Source of the DNA: Cyanophora paradoxa CCMP329
Taxonomy: Eukaryota > Plantae > Glaucophyta
Length of the DNA: 64,000 nucleotides
Assembly (NCBI GenBank): GCA_004431415.1
Contig: QPMI01000297.1
Location: 1-64,000, forward strand
Direction of reading: 5' to 3'
A model generated the notes under the pieces. It was not told the origin of the DNA. It saw only the letters and a list, made by a program, of their open reading frames with translations, and did no database searches. The stretch's first letter is position 1. Each line of letters opens with the position of its first letter. Shown piece by piece: positions 37,182-49,748 of this stretch. Position numbers and translations under genes: made by a program.

Positions 37182-38552
37182 CTAACCTAGGTCTTCATCA
37201 TACTGGTCACCATATAATCCCTCACCGCCGATCGTTCTGCTGTCGCGCGCCACGCTCATCTGTGCCAGCATGGCGTCCAAAGCTGCTGCAGGGTCGTCTG
37301 TCTCCTGCTGCTGAGGCGCCTGCTGCTGCTTGGGAGACTTGCCCCCTCTGCTGGTAGGTGCCTGCGAAAGCGTGGACGACATCCAACTGGCTTGGTACTT
37401 GTCCTCCCGTATCCTCTCAATATTGTGTTGCGCTTCAAGCTCCGCCTTCACGTTTTGGTATCGTTGCAGCAGCCTAGAGAGAGTGTTGGATGCACAAGAT
37501 GAGCAAAAAAAATGACGATGCACCTCTCTAGATCAAGCTGCCGTTGCTTCTTCTGCTCCTCTCGCCCAGTCTGCACGCGTTTATGCAGCGCCTGCATTTC
37601 CATCATCTGCTTGCTCTGGAACTTGGAGATGAGATTCGCAATCTTCTGGTCTCGCTGATTCCGCAGCTTCTCCAGCTCCCACGCTTCCTGCAACAGCTCT
37701 GCTCGGAAACAACAAGCGGCTTGGGTAAAGTATATTGCGAACCAGGTTGTCAGCTTTCAATTTCACTTTATGTGCATCTGCGTATTCTTTCTGCTTGGCG
37801 AGTACTTCCTGTATTCTCCGCAGGTTCAGGAGCTCCTTCGAGAACTTTGGACTATGTTCTGGCTTCATCTGGAGCTGCTCAATGAACTCAGCGTACTCCG
37901 CCGCATGGCGATCCTGGGCAGGAAATCAAATTCGGGGCACAGAAAATAGGGGCCCAAGAAAGCTCACCCGCATCGCTTGCTCCAGCTCCTGCGCTTTTAT
38001 TTCGTACTCCATCATTTTCTTGTCCCACATCTGGTTGAACTGTTGAAACTGCCGGCCGCCGTTAGCCCGCGGGCGTACTACAGGCAGAAAACACCTACTT
38101 CAAGCATGTGTGCTTCCTCGACTCCAAGCCGCTCAGCAATCTGCCGAGACCGCATAGCTTCGCGCCTCCTGTTCTCTTCACTGCACGCGCCCTGATTTAG
38201 CCAAGGCGCGCGAGTTTCCGGCCGAGCGCTGTCAGGCGTGGCGCTCACTGGCTGCGCAGCTCTTGAAGCCTGTTCTTAGCTATCTCTGCTTCGACGTATT
38301 TCCCTTGCCGCTCACAGCTTTTGCGGTGCTCCTCAAGAATTTGTCTGCGCGGCCTGTTTACGGAGAGCGGGATAGCGCCGGTTGCTAAAGTACGCACAAA
38401 AAGTCCCGAATCGCTGCCTGCACGGAGGTGGCGGTGCGTCAGGCCGCGTCAGGGAACGCACACGGTGCTTTGGTCAAGGTCACGCGGCAAGGGCAGCTGA
38501 CCTCATCGGGCTCTACCGGCGGCGGCTGCCCGTAGTCTACGGCGTCGCCCAT
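37182..38552 (-). CDS. Conserved uncharacterised coiled-coil protein of the type seen in flagellated protists
   Basis: ILEEHRKSCERQGKYVEAEIAKNRL; PKFSKELLNLRRIQEVLAKQKEYADAHKVK; RLLQRYQNVKAELEAQH; clean introns. Confidence 0.75.
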
Positions 38553-38786
38553 GGTTTCCCAATTGGTCGTCGCCGGGGGTACGTCGATATCTCTCTACAC
38601 GCGTACCCTCATTCTAAGATGAATTTTGACAAATTTGAGTGTGAGTGGCAGCACATCGAATTCGACGTGACTCACGCAATGTCAGCTAGCTGTTTTGACT
38701 AGCTGCGTGTACGGTCTACTCCCATAAGCGGGCAACACAGGGCCCGCATAAAAACTTCCAAAATTTTCCCTGCTTCCCTGCCTGAT

Positions 38787-39540
38787 TCAGGATTTTGCTG
38801 ATATTTTCCCTGCCTGAACCAGGTGGGGCACCTCCGCAGCCAACCATGGGGAGAGCTGCCGAGAAAGCTCAGCAACAGACCCAGATATACGCAAGAAATG
38901 TCGAGGTCACCCCAAGGGCAAGCGCGTGGGCGATGCCGAAGTGCGGAACATTGCGAGCCCACAGCGGTTGGAAGTGGATGGTGAGACAGATCTTGCCGCC
39001 CCTGCCATGCACATGAAGGCTGCGATCGGCGAGCAGACACCGCATACGGAGTACGTACCTGTACATTTTTGCAGTCATGCCCTCTAGCTCAGGGATCTCG
39101 ATTTCCGGAGCAGTGGCAGGGTAGGCGATGGGGATCTGCAATTTGTCAGCGGGCCATAGCGATGAAACATGCGGCGTTCGCACATCGAACTGGAAATCGA
39201 ATTCGTACTTGATCAGGTTGTAGATGTACCAGCACTTGCCTGTCCACCTGAGGCGCGCGGCACTCAGTCGCGCGCAATCAATTGCGCGGAGGCGCAAGGG
39301 CTGGCCTAGTGCCTTGAGGGTTGGACTCGATAGTGAACCAGTCGTTGTCCGACTTCTTGTTGTTTTCGATGTACTGCGCACGCGTCAGCTCTTCTGGAAA
39401 GGAGGCGAGCGCTGTCGCACCGTGATGAGCGCTTTGTACTCCTCTTTCAAGCGCTCCTTGTAGGACTCGCCATCGCGCGGACCGGCCCTCACAGTCAGGA
39501 GAGGGATCTTTTGCACTGTCTGCTTTGTTTGTTCGTCCAT
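38787..39540 (-). CDS. UFC1: UFM1-conjugating enzyme
   Basis: [12 protein letters not shown]...[10 protein letters not shown]; NDWF.IESN; WTGKCW; [46 protein letters not shown]. Confidence 0.97.
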
Positions 39541-39635
39541 GTGCGCCGCCCTTGCGACCTTTTTTTTCGGGCCGGGTACTGAGCGCGAGCGGCAAGGCCG
39601 ACGGAAGCAGCCGCTCAGCCGAAACCCCTTCGTCT

Positions 39636-41094
39636 ATGGAGGTGCGTGCGTAGCGATCGGGGCGTTGCGCGGGCGGAGACCTCGATCGGGGTCTGGTCTC
39701 AATCAGGGGATGCGAGCGCATAGTCGGCATTCCAGCGCGTAGTCGGCACGCCAGTGCAACGTGGCCAGATCCTCGATGCGTTGGCTGCGGTGGCTGTAGA
39801 GGCGCAGATTGAGCCGTGCCGCGCAGGTCTTCGGTGTGGACGGAGTAGGAGTGGCTGCCGACCCAAGGATGACACTGCGCGTTGCTTTCCAGGGAGAGCC
39901 TGGGGCGTACTCTGGTGCGCCCTTCGTGTGGCGCCGGAAAGACGTCGCTAACGACGCGGCAGAGGGCGCCGCGGTAGACGTGTTCGGCAGCGACGTTCAG
40001 ACGATTCCTTGTGTGTCGTTCGAGAAGGTAGCGAGCTTGTAGACTTCCGCGAGCGCCCGCGAGTCTCACGCCCGCGCAGCTGTTCGACGCGGTGGAGAGT
40101 GGGATGGCCGACCGCGGCGTGCTCCCTATTGAAAACAGCCTGGCGGGAACGATTCACCACAACTATGATTTGCTTCTGAAACGTAATCTCTGCATCGTTG
40201 GCGAGTATGACTATCCAGTGAGGTGCGGCAAAGGAGCCGCACGTAATTTCTGTGCTTGTCCATGAGCGGCCTTCGCTCTTCAGACACTGCCTTCTCGCGC
40301 TGGAGGGCGTCCAAATGTCGGACATTAAGCGCGTTCTTAGCCACCCGATGGCCCTTGCACAGGTTAGTCTGTGTGCACTCACTGCGATGCACTTCGAACA
40401 TATCTGCAGTGTGATGGCTACTTGAACAAAATGGGGCTTCATCGAGAGGCTACGTATGACACAGCCGGAAGGTCAGCGTGTTTAAATGTCAGTGCACACG
40501 CGGCTCACCACCTGAGCAGTGCAAAGCGGCTTCGGGATGAGCATTTGATGGATGCTGCGGCAATTGCAAGGTGGCTTTTTGTTTCTGCCGAGCTGGCTTG
40601 CATGGCTCTCTAATTTCCAAGTATCTAGTGCTCGGGCTGGGAAGCTTTATGCCTTGAATGTGCTGGCCTCCAACATCGAGGATGATCCTAAAAACTTCAC
40701 CCGTTTCCTGGTGCTGGCGAGGGAGCCTGTGAGCCCGCCCCTCACCAAGCCTTGCAAGACGTCAATCGTGTTTTCTCTCAAAAACATCCCGGGTGAGAAC
40801 GATTAACCACAGCGATTGCTTTGCAACACTAATCAACGTTTCCCAGGTGTTTTGTTCAAGGCACTTTCCGTGTTCTCGTTGAGAGACATTGACCTCACAA
40901 AAATCGAGAGCCGCCCATGCAGACTTGCATCCACCAGCCCATCGGAGCCCATCAAGCGCTGGGAGTACCTCTTTTACCTGGATTTTGCGGCCAATGCAAA
41001 CGATGAGGTGGCCAAGAATGCTCTTCGGCACCTCAGCGAGATAGCACCCTTCGTCCGAGTGCTTGGAACATACACGAGGCATAGCGATAGTTGA
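39636..41094 (+). CDS. Prephenate/arogenate dehydratase (PDT + ACT domains), no transit peptide evident
   Basis: [13 protein letters not shown]; [19 protein letters not shown]; SHPMALAQC; NFTRFLVL; KTSIVFSL; [10 protein letters not shown]; YLFYLDF. Confidence 0.95.
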
Positions 41095-41518
41095 ATTGAG
41101 TTTTGTCTGGTGTACGCTATTAGCTAGCTGCATCTGTGAACTCAGCCTGTGTGGGCTACACATAGGCAGGTGCAGCCCTCACTGGCCGGCACGGCTGTTC
41201 CCCCCCAAGGCTTGTAAGGGAGCTTCGGAGGTATCACTCTGATGACTCCCCAAGGGTGCAGCATCGCGTCGACGTCGTCGGTGCCACGGTGGGCAGTGGG
41301 AGTTCCTGCAGATTGACGTCAGTGCACGTGGGGCCGCCGGCCGCCGGGCCGGGGCTGTACGATGGTCGGAAGCCTGTGCACGTGCCTGTGCGTGATCGAA
41401 GGCCGCCGGGCCGGGCTGGGCCTCAATGTTTTACTCATTGAATCGAACTCAAATGTTAACCTGTCACAGTGTTACAACGCCGTGACGTTAACCCCCCTGT
41501 TTCTGTTTCGATTCAAGT

Positions 41519-41709
41519 TTCAACTGCCGCGCTGAAGTGCGACCACTGGCCCAGTGGTCTTCTCCAAATCACTGAGTCATCCCAATCTGGGAGGGATGGC
41601 TCTTTAATCATAGCTGCGTCACGATCTCCGAGGCTCGTTTACGAGAAGACAGTTTCAGAGAAAGGGGTTTTGTGGTCTCCAGAGAGCCGCTGGCAGGTGC
41701 CGATTCTGT
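41519..41709. repeat. Intergenic copy of exon segment 33303-33464 carrying three 8-nt palindromic insertions
   Basis: Colinear alignment with few substitutions; insertions at 41547-57, 41569-79 and 41626-36. Confidence 0.92.
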
Positions 41710-41897
41710 AGCCCAGACAGGCGTAGTTCACAGATGCAGCTAGCTAATCGCTGAGCCCAGGTGTAGGTCCATCGCTGGGCACGTAAATCCACGTGAAAAC
41801 AGCTCCTCAAAACAGCAATGTAAGCTAACAGCTCGTCAAAACAGCTAGCTGGCATTGTGTGTCACGTCGATAATGTAGTGGTACTCACAATCGAATG

Positions 41898-44193
41898 CTA
41901 GTCAAGGTCCAAGGGAGCTTCCGAAGCCTGGGCTGAGCCTGGGCTTGGGCGTAGGATGGGGCGAGCTTCTTCCTGTTGCGGTGGCTGGGAGAACTGGGAG
42001 GCGAGGGGGAAACGTGTCGACAAGTTGAAAAGCTCCTCGTCACTCCTCAGCCGGGACGCCAGTTCCCGACCGACGAGCTGGTTGTACAGCTGCTGAAGGC
42101 GATGGCTGCTTGAAAGGCGATCAGCAGCCAGGGGCCCCAATCCCGTGCCTTGCACAGACTCGCGAACTACTGTGTTGAAGAGTGCTATCGTGTCCGAAGG
42201 AGTACGCCGCCGTTTCGTGGAATCGCCACCACGATAAGCACAGCTGAAGGGAGCCTGTTTTTGCATATGCTCCTGTTCGGCGTCATCTTCCGTAATTGTC
42301 GCCCGCCAGTAGGCCACATCCTCCTGCACCCAAGCGCGTCATTCACGGGTCCAAGGAATCCAGGGCACCTGTGTCACCTGCGGTAATTGCGCCACCCAAT
42401 CTTCAGTGGAGACCGACCGAACCGAAGAATCCTGCTGGTAAGCCTACATCCTCATCAGCTGAAAGATAGGCCCAAAGCAACAACGAGCCTGGGCACCTGG
42501 TATGTTGTGAGCACGTAGTTGGAGATCATATTAGAAGCCATTCCGCCCATCATTCCGATGCCTGAAGGTGGCTGGCCGGTGCCAGGACCATTCAGATCGC
42601 CAAGGATTCCGAAAGAAGATGTCAACTGGTTAACTACAGATCGGATGACAGCTGGGACATCGGAGATGCCACCGCGTAGGCATGGGGCAAGCGCCTCCAC
42701 CCATTCTCCAATCATCCGGGTAACCCATCTCTTCAACGCAGAAGAGAAGGGATGCGGGCTCTCGGGTGTAGGCAGAAGAGGGTCCGCAAGCAACACAGTG
42801 TCCAACAAAGTAGAGAGATGGATGCGAACAACCCCGGCAGTGACACCACGAATGTCACGCCCTGCCACAATGCGTGCACGAACATCCTGGTGACAGAATC
42901 CGTAAGAAATGGCCTCGCATCTTGGAAAGCCTCGTACCTCAGGGAGTGCTGTGTCAGCAACCGAGTCCAAAAGCCCCCCAACGAGGTCATCTACTGCTTC
43001 ACGGCGCCGAGCAGGACTCCGATCATTCTCGAGCAAATCTTCAAGAGCGTGGCGGCGCAGGGGTTCCTGCAGCCGCTCAAGCGGAGCCATGTTTCCACCA
43101 ACAACCTGAATCGCAGGTTCTCAGAAGCAGGCCACGAACACGTCAGGGGGCATAAAGTACCATGAGCATGTCAGGAATCGAAAGTGTATCCATTACAACG
43201 TTGATGATCCGTTCAACAGGCCCCGCCATCTCTGCGATTCCAAATTAGGTGCAAACTTCGCTCTTTGCCTTGCCATGCACACCTGAATCGTCAAGAATAC
43301 CCTCTGCGTCCAAACCCCTGGCAATGTTCCGGACCATTGAGCTGAGTGATGTTGGGCCGCTTTCAGTCGACCCTTGAGGGGCCCCCGCATTGCTCGCAAC
43401 TCCAGATATCATCTGCATCATTTGAGGAAGCATTTGCTGCATCAGGCGAGCAATGTCAGGCTGAGCAGGCCGAGGTTGTTCCGAATGACTCCGAGGAGTC
43501 TGCTGGGGCGAGCTCTGCAGGTTTGACGATGTTGAGTTTGCCGACTGCTGCCCTTGATTCGTTGTCGGAGATGCCCCAACAGCCTGTGCATTTACCGCAG
43601 GTGCTCCCTATCGATCTATTAATGCTGTGGTGCGATGATTCATGCAAAAGTCCACACACCTGAGGGGCTAAGCCGCCTGTGAAAGCTTGGAAGAGGGAGG
43701 CAAGATTCGGCGCAGGGTGCTGGCCAGGAGCCTGTGGCTGCCCTGCCTGACCAGCTGATGATGGTAACCTTTAGCAAGGCATTTGCGAAGAGCAGAAAGG
43801 GGTACGAAGCACCTGGGCCGAGGAGAGACCCCACCATCTGAAACATTCCAGCAAGCGGATTAGGCTGAGGGGTGCCACTACCAGGCATGGCACCTGCGTG
43901 GCAAAATCCGATATCAGTTTTATGTTCACTCGACGAAGTCATGTCGTACCCTGGCCTCCCAGCAGTCCTGTGATGAGATTGGAAAGGTTTGGAGGAATAG
44001 GCGGCGGAGCAGCAGGCATCTGCCCTGGCTGGGGTGGGTGAGCAGGAGCTCCATAGGTCGAAGGGCTTGTCTGCTGTTGCGAGTGCACGTGTGGCTGTTG
44101 TTGATTGATAGCCACCCGATCTGGGGCTTGTTGGCGGCTGTCAGCTTGCCCAGGTTGCCCGCTCTGAGCATTGGCTGTCGCAGGCGGTGGCTG

Positions 44194-44284
<91 letters not shown>

Positions 44285-45804
44285 TGCTGATGATGATGAT
44301 GATGCGGCTGCTGCTGCTGCTGCTGATGCAGTTGCTGATGCAGCTGCTGCTGCTGTTGAAAGAATGGCTGTGCAAACGGCGTGCCGTGCTGCGCCTGCCC
44401 AGGGCCATTGTGGACGATGTGGATTGTATGGCGCCCAGCAACATTTCCAACAGCTGGTTGTCCGGGAACTGTACCAGGCGGCATTCCAGGCACATGCACA
44501 TGCTGTCCGTCAGCTTGGATGTGAATGGCGATGTTCTGCCCGGCAGGGAAGTGGATCTGCGCCTCCCCAGGGCGTTCACGCATATCTGCCCGAGCACAAG
44601 AGCGTTTCAAGAACAGGTGCACGGGAAAGACGAACACGAGGTGCATACCAACGCCCCACAGAAGAGGTGCAAGACGGGTTAGCGTCACGCCCAGGTTTTG
44701 AATGACGGGAGCCAGCTGCCGAGCAATCTCCTGCGTGTCTCTCCGCTCTGCAGGGACGACCATCTGGGCCTCGCTGCTCAAGCGTGTGCTGAGGCGCTCC
44801 GCCAGCCTGTAGATTGGATTCAGAGAGGAGCAAGAAGATAGCAAAACCCGGGGCAAGCCGCACCGTTGCGATCGTGTCAAAACAGGCTCTAGCGCTTGTA
44901 ATACCGTCCTAAGAAGCTCAGGGTGGTTCGCCGACGGCAATGGTGCCGTAGTCACAGGCTGATTCGCTGATGGTGGGACTCCATCGAGATGGGCCGTAAT
45001 ACGCTCAAGCATAATCCTGATTTGATTCAACTCCATGCTCGCGAAGGCCCCAGGCGGGGGCGCGGCGGGGGCTGGCTGCTGGCTTCGGGGCGCGCCAGGC
45101 GGGGGCGCGGGTGGGGCCGCAGCATGCGCGCCCTGAGGGACCGCGCCGACAGGAAATTGAGGAAATCCCCCCATCGTATTCAAGACGTCGGTGACAATCT
45201 GCAGGGTCGCTTAATGCCGGCGGAGCGCCGCATTCAATACGACACAATACGGACCCGCCCGATATCCGGCACCTGGCCTTCTGGGAGGTTGATTGCTCCC
45301 ATCACTATACCTGGTCCAGGCACCACTCCGGCGACGCTCGGGGCCGCACCCGGCGCAGACCGCGCTTGTGGAGATGGCTCGTTCACAGAGTGAGACGGGT
45401 TTGAGTTGGCGGGGCGCGAAATGAGGTGTATTGTGTGGCCATCCTTTACACCTGACCGGGCGTTCGTCTGACATCTAAGCGAAGGGCGCGGACGTGCACA
45501 CCGGCCGCAGAGAGGAGCCCGTCGCGGAGGACTCGACCTTGAAAGATGAGGCGCTGTTGGTCGGGCGCGACGTTCGCTTGTGCGGCGATGCGCTCTTTCA
45601 GAGCGCCGATGTCAATCTGCACCTTCAATGAGCGACCGCTTATAATGGAGCAGGAGACGGCGCACGTCTTTGTGAACGCGCAGCTTGAACGAGCTTGCAT
45701 CGAGCATTCGGATGGTAACCTCCACGTCCGCGCCATCTGACGGGAGCGGGCATCAGCGCGCGCGTGAGCAGCCGGCAGAGAGTCAAGGCACCGTCAGCCT
45801 GCAT
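41898..45804 (-). CDS. BAG6: BAG6/BAT3/Scythe-like protein (N-terminal UBL, polyQ)
   Basis: UBL VEVTIRMLD...LKERIAAQANVAPDQQRLIFQGRVLRD...GHTIHL; Pro/Gln-rich middle; C-terminal W..TI.ED...Q.PFSCAY motif. Confidence 0.8.
44190..44356 (-). repeat. CAG/CAA polyglutamine (and CAT polyHis) tract within BAG6
   Basis: (ctg)n/(ttg)n on the + strand; encodes about 30 consecutive Q. Confidence 0.95.
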
Positions 45805-45985
45805 TCGCTCACGCGAGCGGTCGGGCGTAGGGCTTGGAGCGCAGAAACTCGCGCTCGCAGCACGAGCGGTCGTCGCCGTCAACGCAGTGACTTCTGTACC
45901 CCCAAAAGAGATCGAGTCTCATGACTCTCATCATCGAGATCATTGCGGCGACGTTGTAAGGGTTCATGTCTAAATGTCAATGAAA

Positions 45986-47863
45986 TTACGAACAGCTGTG
46001 GCGACTACAAAAAGCCGCTATCCTGTTGCAAGCCTCTCCAAGCTTGTCCAGGGGGGCACAAAAGACGAGTCGCACATATCCCTCAAGGCCAAAACACTGT
46101 CCTGGGAGTACGAAGACGGACTCCTCAGACAAAAGTTGCCTCGCGAACTGACGATCGTCACATATGCCATCAAGCTTTTGAAAATCTATCTCCAGCATGA
46201 GGTACATGGTGCCCTGGCAGGGAACCACGCGAAGCCCTGCAATGGCTGTTAAGATACGCCTGGCTTGGAAGAAAAGCCCAACATACCATTGATTGAGCTC
46301 AGCTTTTCTTCCAGAAACATAGCATTCCTCTGCAGCGTTGCTACTGTCTCCCGAAAGAATTCACTCAAGTTTAGGTCAAATATTTCTGGAAGGACTGCCT
46401 GGATGAGCGAACATGGTCCAAGAATGAGCCCAGACAGGCGAGCCAGCCCCTCCCTGATCTGCAGATGCGGCATCAGCCCCGTCTGGCCCTTGAACTCGGT
46501 TCTTGCAACTACGGCGAACCTGCTGGAAAGCCTGGTGTCGATCGTGTATGCAGATCCAACCCATTCGCCACCCTGTTGCCACGGTTACCATTTACCACAG
46601 GCGGCACAACGAAGCGACAATGGCAGACCAGGGACAATAAACTGTTTGGCAAGCCCTCCAACAGCGAGAATCGGAACATTAACCGAGAGGCTTGCGAGGG
46701 GATGGAATACAGAGCCCTGAAAGACCATGTCTGCGTAGATCTGACAAGAACAGTGAGCACACAGAAAAATACATCTGATGAACACACCTCATCGCTTATA
46801 ATAGGAATCCGCAGACTCTCTGCAACTGCAAGAAGATCAAGCAGATGCTCTCGACTGTAAACGCTCCCACACGGGTTCGATGGGTTGTTCAGGACTATTG
46901 CGGAAGTGTGCTCGTCGACCAAGCTTGCTAAGTGGGCAAGGTCGATCTCCCAGTTCTGATGGGGCTGGGAAAAAGATATTCTGATGAGATTTGCAGCGCA
47001 AAAGCTAACGGAGAAGCGCACAAGAAGCCTGTAGAAGCGGCACTGTATTGCGTAATGTGTACAAATCGTCTGGTAGAGTGGAAATGATGGCTTCGGGATC
47101 AGAATGTTCTGCCCCGCATTCGCAAGGACCGATATCGCCAAGTCCAGCGCATGGGAGCAGCCGCTGGTAAGAATGACGTCGGCTGCACACGAAAAAAGTC
47201 AGAACACGCCAAATTCGAATCCTTGTGATGCGGGCTGCACGTGCTAGTACCCGCAGTCAAAGGCGACGAGAGTCTTGAATGACGCTTCGCTACAGCTGCA
47301 CGTGCGCGCTGATCGCCGGTGGACTGCAAATATCCGTTTGCAGTCGCGCTTCGCGCCCGTTTGACCAGCAGCTCGGTCACCGCATCCGGCACGACGAGGT
47401 TGCCGAATGCCGTTGGGTCGCCTGTGCGCATGCGCACGTTAGGAGTGCGCACGTAGGTTTTTATTTGCATACCGATCGAGAGAGGGATGGTCGGTTTTTC
47501 TGGGTTAGGCCGCACGTCCATGCCCTCGAGGACCTCTCTGCGGGACGCACTCGCATGTGAACTGGATGCGCATGCGATGCGCGTGCAGCCGACAATAGGG
47601 AGAGAAACCTCTAGTTAACGGGAGCGGCGCTCGCGTCCCCGCCGCAAGGCAGGCGAAGCCCGGCACGCTGCCCACGCACGCGCGCTCTGCTAGCGCTGTT
47701 CCCGCCGGCGGATGCGCGCATGGAGCGCGCATTAACACAATTCGATCCGCAACGCGCACCGAATCTTGTTCTGGGTGGCGAGGGCGCGATCCGAGGCCTT
47801 GACGCGCCAGGCCGGCTTCTCCGCCGCCGGGCCGGCATCGTCGGGCGGCGGCGGGGCCGGCAT
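45986..47863 (-). CDS. TAT: Tyrosine/aromatic aminotransferase (class I PLP)
   Basis: [14 protein letters not shown]; NGYLQSTG; [12 protein letters not shown]; [16 protein letters not shown]; DEIYADMVF; [17 protein letters not shown]; [10 protein letters not shown]. Confidence 0.93.
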
Positions 47864-48095
47864 GCTGCAAGGCCGCAACTGCAAGGCCGCAATGCTGCAA
47901 TGCGGCTTCGTGCACGTGCGCTTCCGCGCGATGCGCCCGCCGCGCGATGCGCCTGCCGCGAGATGCGCCTGCCAGTTCAAGCACGCAGCTCCGTTGAGAG
48001 CGCTCGCCTCCGCCGAGTAGTAGCTCGTTGTTTCGCACCCCGCGGTATACCCCCCCAGGGCGGCTTCCGAAGGGCTTCGGCGCTTCTATTCAACC

Positions 48096-48902
48096 ATGCT
48101 CCGCCAGGCAGTCGGTGGACTCGCCCGGAGAGTGAACGGCGTGCGGCACACGACCTCTGCACCCGATGTGGCTGTCCTCTCTGGAAATCCGGCTGCCACA
48201 TTGAAGCGGTGCGTGGCCTTCGGCGCCGCCGCTCTAGTTCGCAGCATAGCTGTAGCTGTAGATGTCTCTCGCGCTCATACCGCGCCCCGCAGGAAGGCCA
48301 TCATCTACAGGCCGACGCCGAATCCGATGCAGGTGCGCGGTGTGGTCGAGCTCCGAGGTGTTGGGCGACTCTGTTAGTGCTTGAGAATACTGTCGGCCTG
48401 CGTGTTCTGCATCCGTTCGGAACGGCCTTACTGTTTTTGGCTGCTTACACTGCTCGCGCACAGCAAGGGCGCGGGGACAAGACGCAGCAGTGGAAGCTCC
48501 GCTTCGAGCCCGGCCAGCGATGGGTGAACCCGCTGATGGGCTGGACGGTGCATGCAGCCCCCCGGGCCTGAGCAGCTACGGCTTCTAAGCGATTCCTGCA
48601 GTCCACGAACGACACCCTCGGGCAGACGAACCTTTTCTTCCAGAGCCGCGATGCAGCGGTTTCGTACGCCGAGAGGAACGGTGCGGAACCTGTGTGCCTG
48701 CATTAATACGTCTAATGCTCAGCTCGCAATGCAGGTCTCGATTTCACGGTGTGAAGAGCCACGCTCTTGGATCCCTGGCCATACCTTCGTCTCACAATCG
48801 CTCCTGCAGATCGAGGACACTCCCCAGGAGGAGGAGCACGTCATCCACCCCTACGCCAGCAACTTCAAGTGGAAGGGCCCGCCGAAGAGCGAGGATGACT
48901 AG
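48096..48902 (+). CDS. NDUFS4: Mitochondrial complex I 18-kDa subunit
   Basis: IIYRPTPNPMQQG; WKLRFE..RWVNPLMGWTSTND; F.SRDAAVSYAERNG; YASNFKW. Confidence 0.92.
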
Positions 48903-48967
48903 TAGTCAACATGTATTTTGACGTGACACGCGATATCAGCTAGATGTTTCTGACTAGCTGTGACCTC

Positions 48968-49315
48968 TTATTCGTCTTTACTCTTGTCTGTCCTGCTTGC
49001 CTTCGGCGGTTTTTGACCTGGGGGCCCAAGGTAGAGCAACAAAGCGAGGATGGGGATGAGTACGACGACGATGCCGATGAGGTACTCGTCGGGGAGAAAT
49101 CCTAGCGAAACGAGAGCAATCGTGGCTCCAAACGCTAGGTACACGGTGGACGCAGAGGGGATGCGAGAGCGACCAGGATCCTCGTCTTCGCGCATGGCAG
49201 CAGCGGCCTGTCGCAGCAGATCCTCGTCGACCTCGGAATTAGCTTCGGATGAGCTCCCCGCGCCCGCGTCTTGGCAGGACGGCGCGGCTCCGTGCTTTTC
49301 TCTGCGTCTCGCCAT
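48968..49315 (-). CDS. Small 2-TM hypothetical protein (115 aa, intronless)
   Basis: ATG-to-stop ORF with acidic N-terminus and two hydrophobic segments. Confidence 0.6.
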   Translation of the reverse strand: MARRREKHGAAPSCQDAGAGSSSEANSEVDEDLLRQAAAAMREDEDPGRSRIPSASTVYLAFGATIALVSLGFLPDEYLIGIVVVLIPILALLLYLGPPGQKPPKASRTDKSKDE

Positions 49316-49748
49316 GGGCGAGGTCGACGAGCGCGAAAAGTGGAGGGCGCTTCAGACAGCGGACGCGGCTGGACTCCGCCGGATGCGGTGTCTGAGCTGC
49401 TGGCTACCAGACCCTGACCCTAACCCTAGCTAGCGCTGGAGCGCTCGCACTGAGCGCCAGGAGCGGAGCGCTGCGCCGCGCTGAAGCTGAAGCGCTGATA
49501 AAGAGGGCTTGTGCGGTGCTGCGCGATGCAGCGGTGCTTTTGTACGGTGTACCCCCTAAACTAATCCGTTGCCTGCACACTGCCGGTCAACCAGAGGCAG
49601 GAAGGCTCACGGGGGACCGGCTCTGGACAAACGTGGCCCGCGGAGCTGGCTTCTGCGCGCCCGGCTGAGATCCAGCAAGCGAGATCCAGCGAGTTTGCGG
49701 GCCCTCTAGCTGCCGGAGAAACCCGGCCCGCGGATCTGGCTTGCCACG

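Noticed and set aside
44038-44705. Poly-Leu/poly-Ala/poly-Ser ORFs
   Set aside because: Alternative-frame readings of the BAG6 CAG tract.
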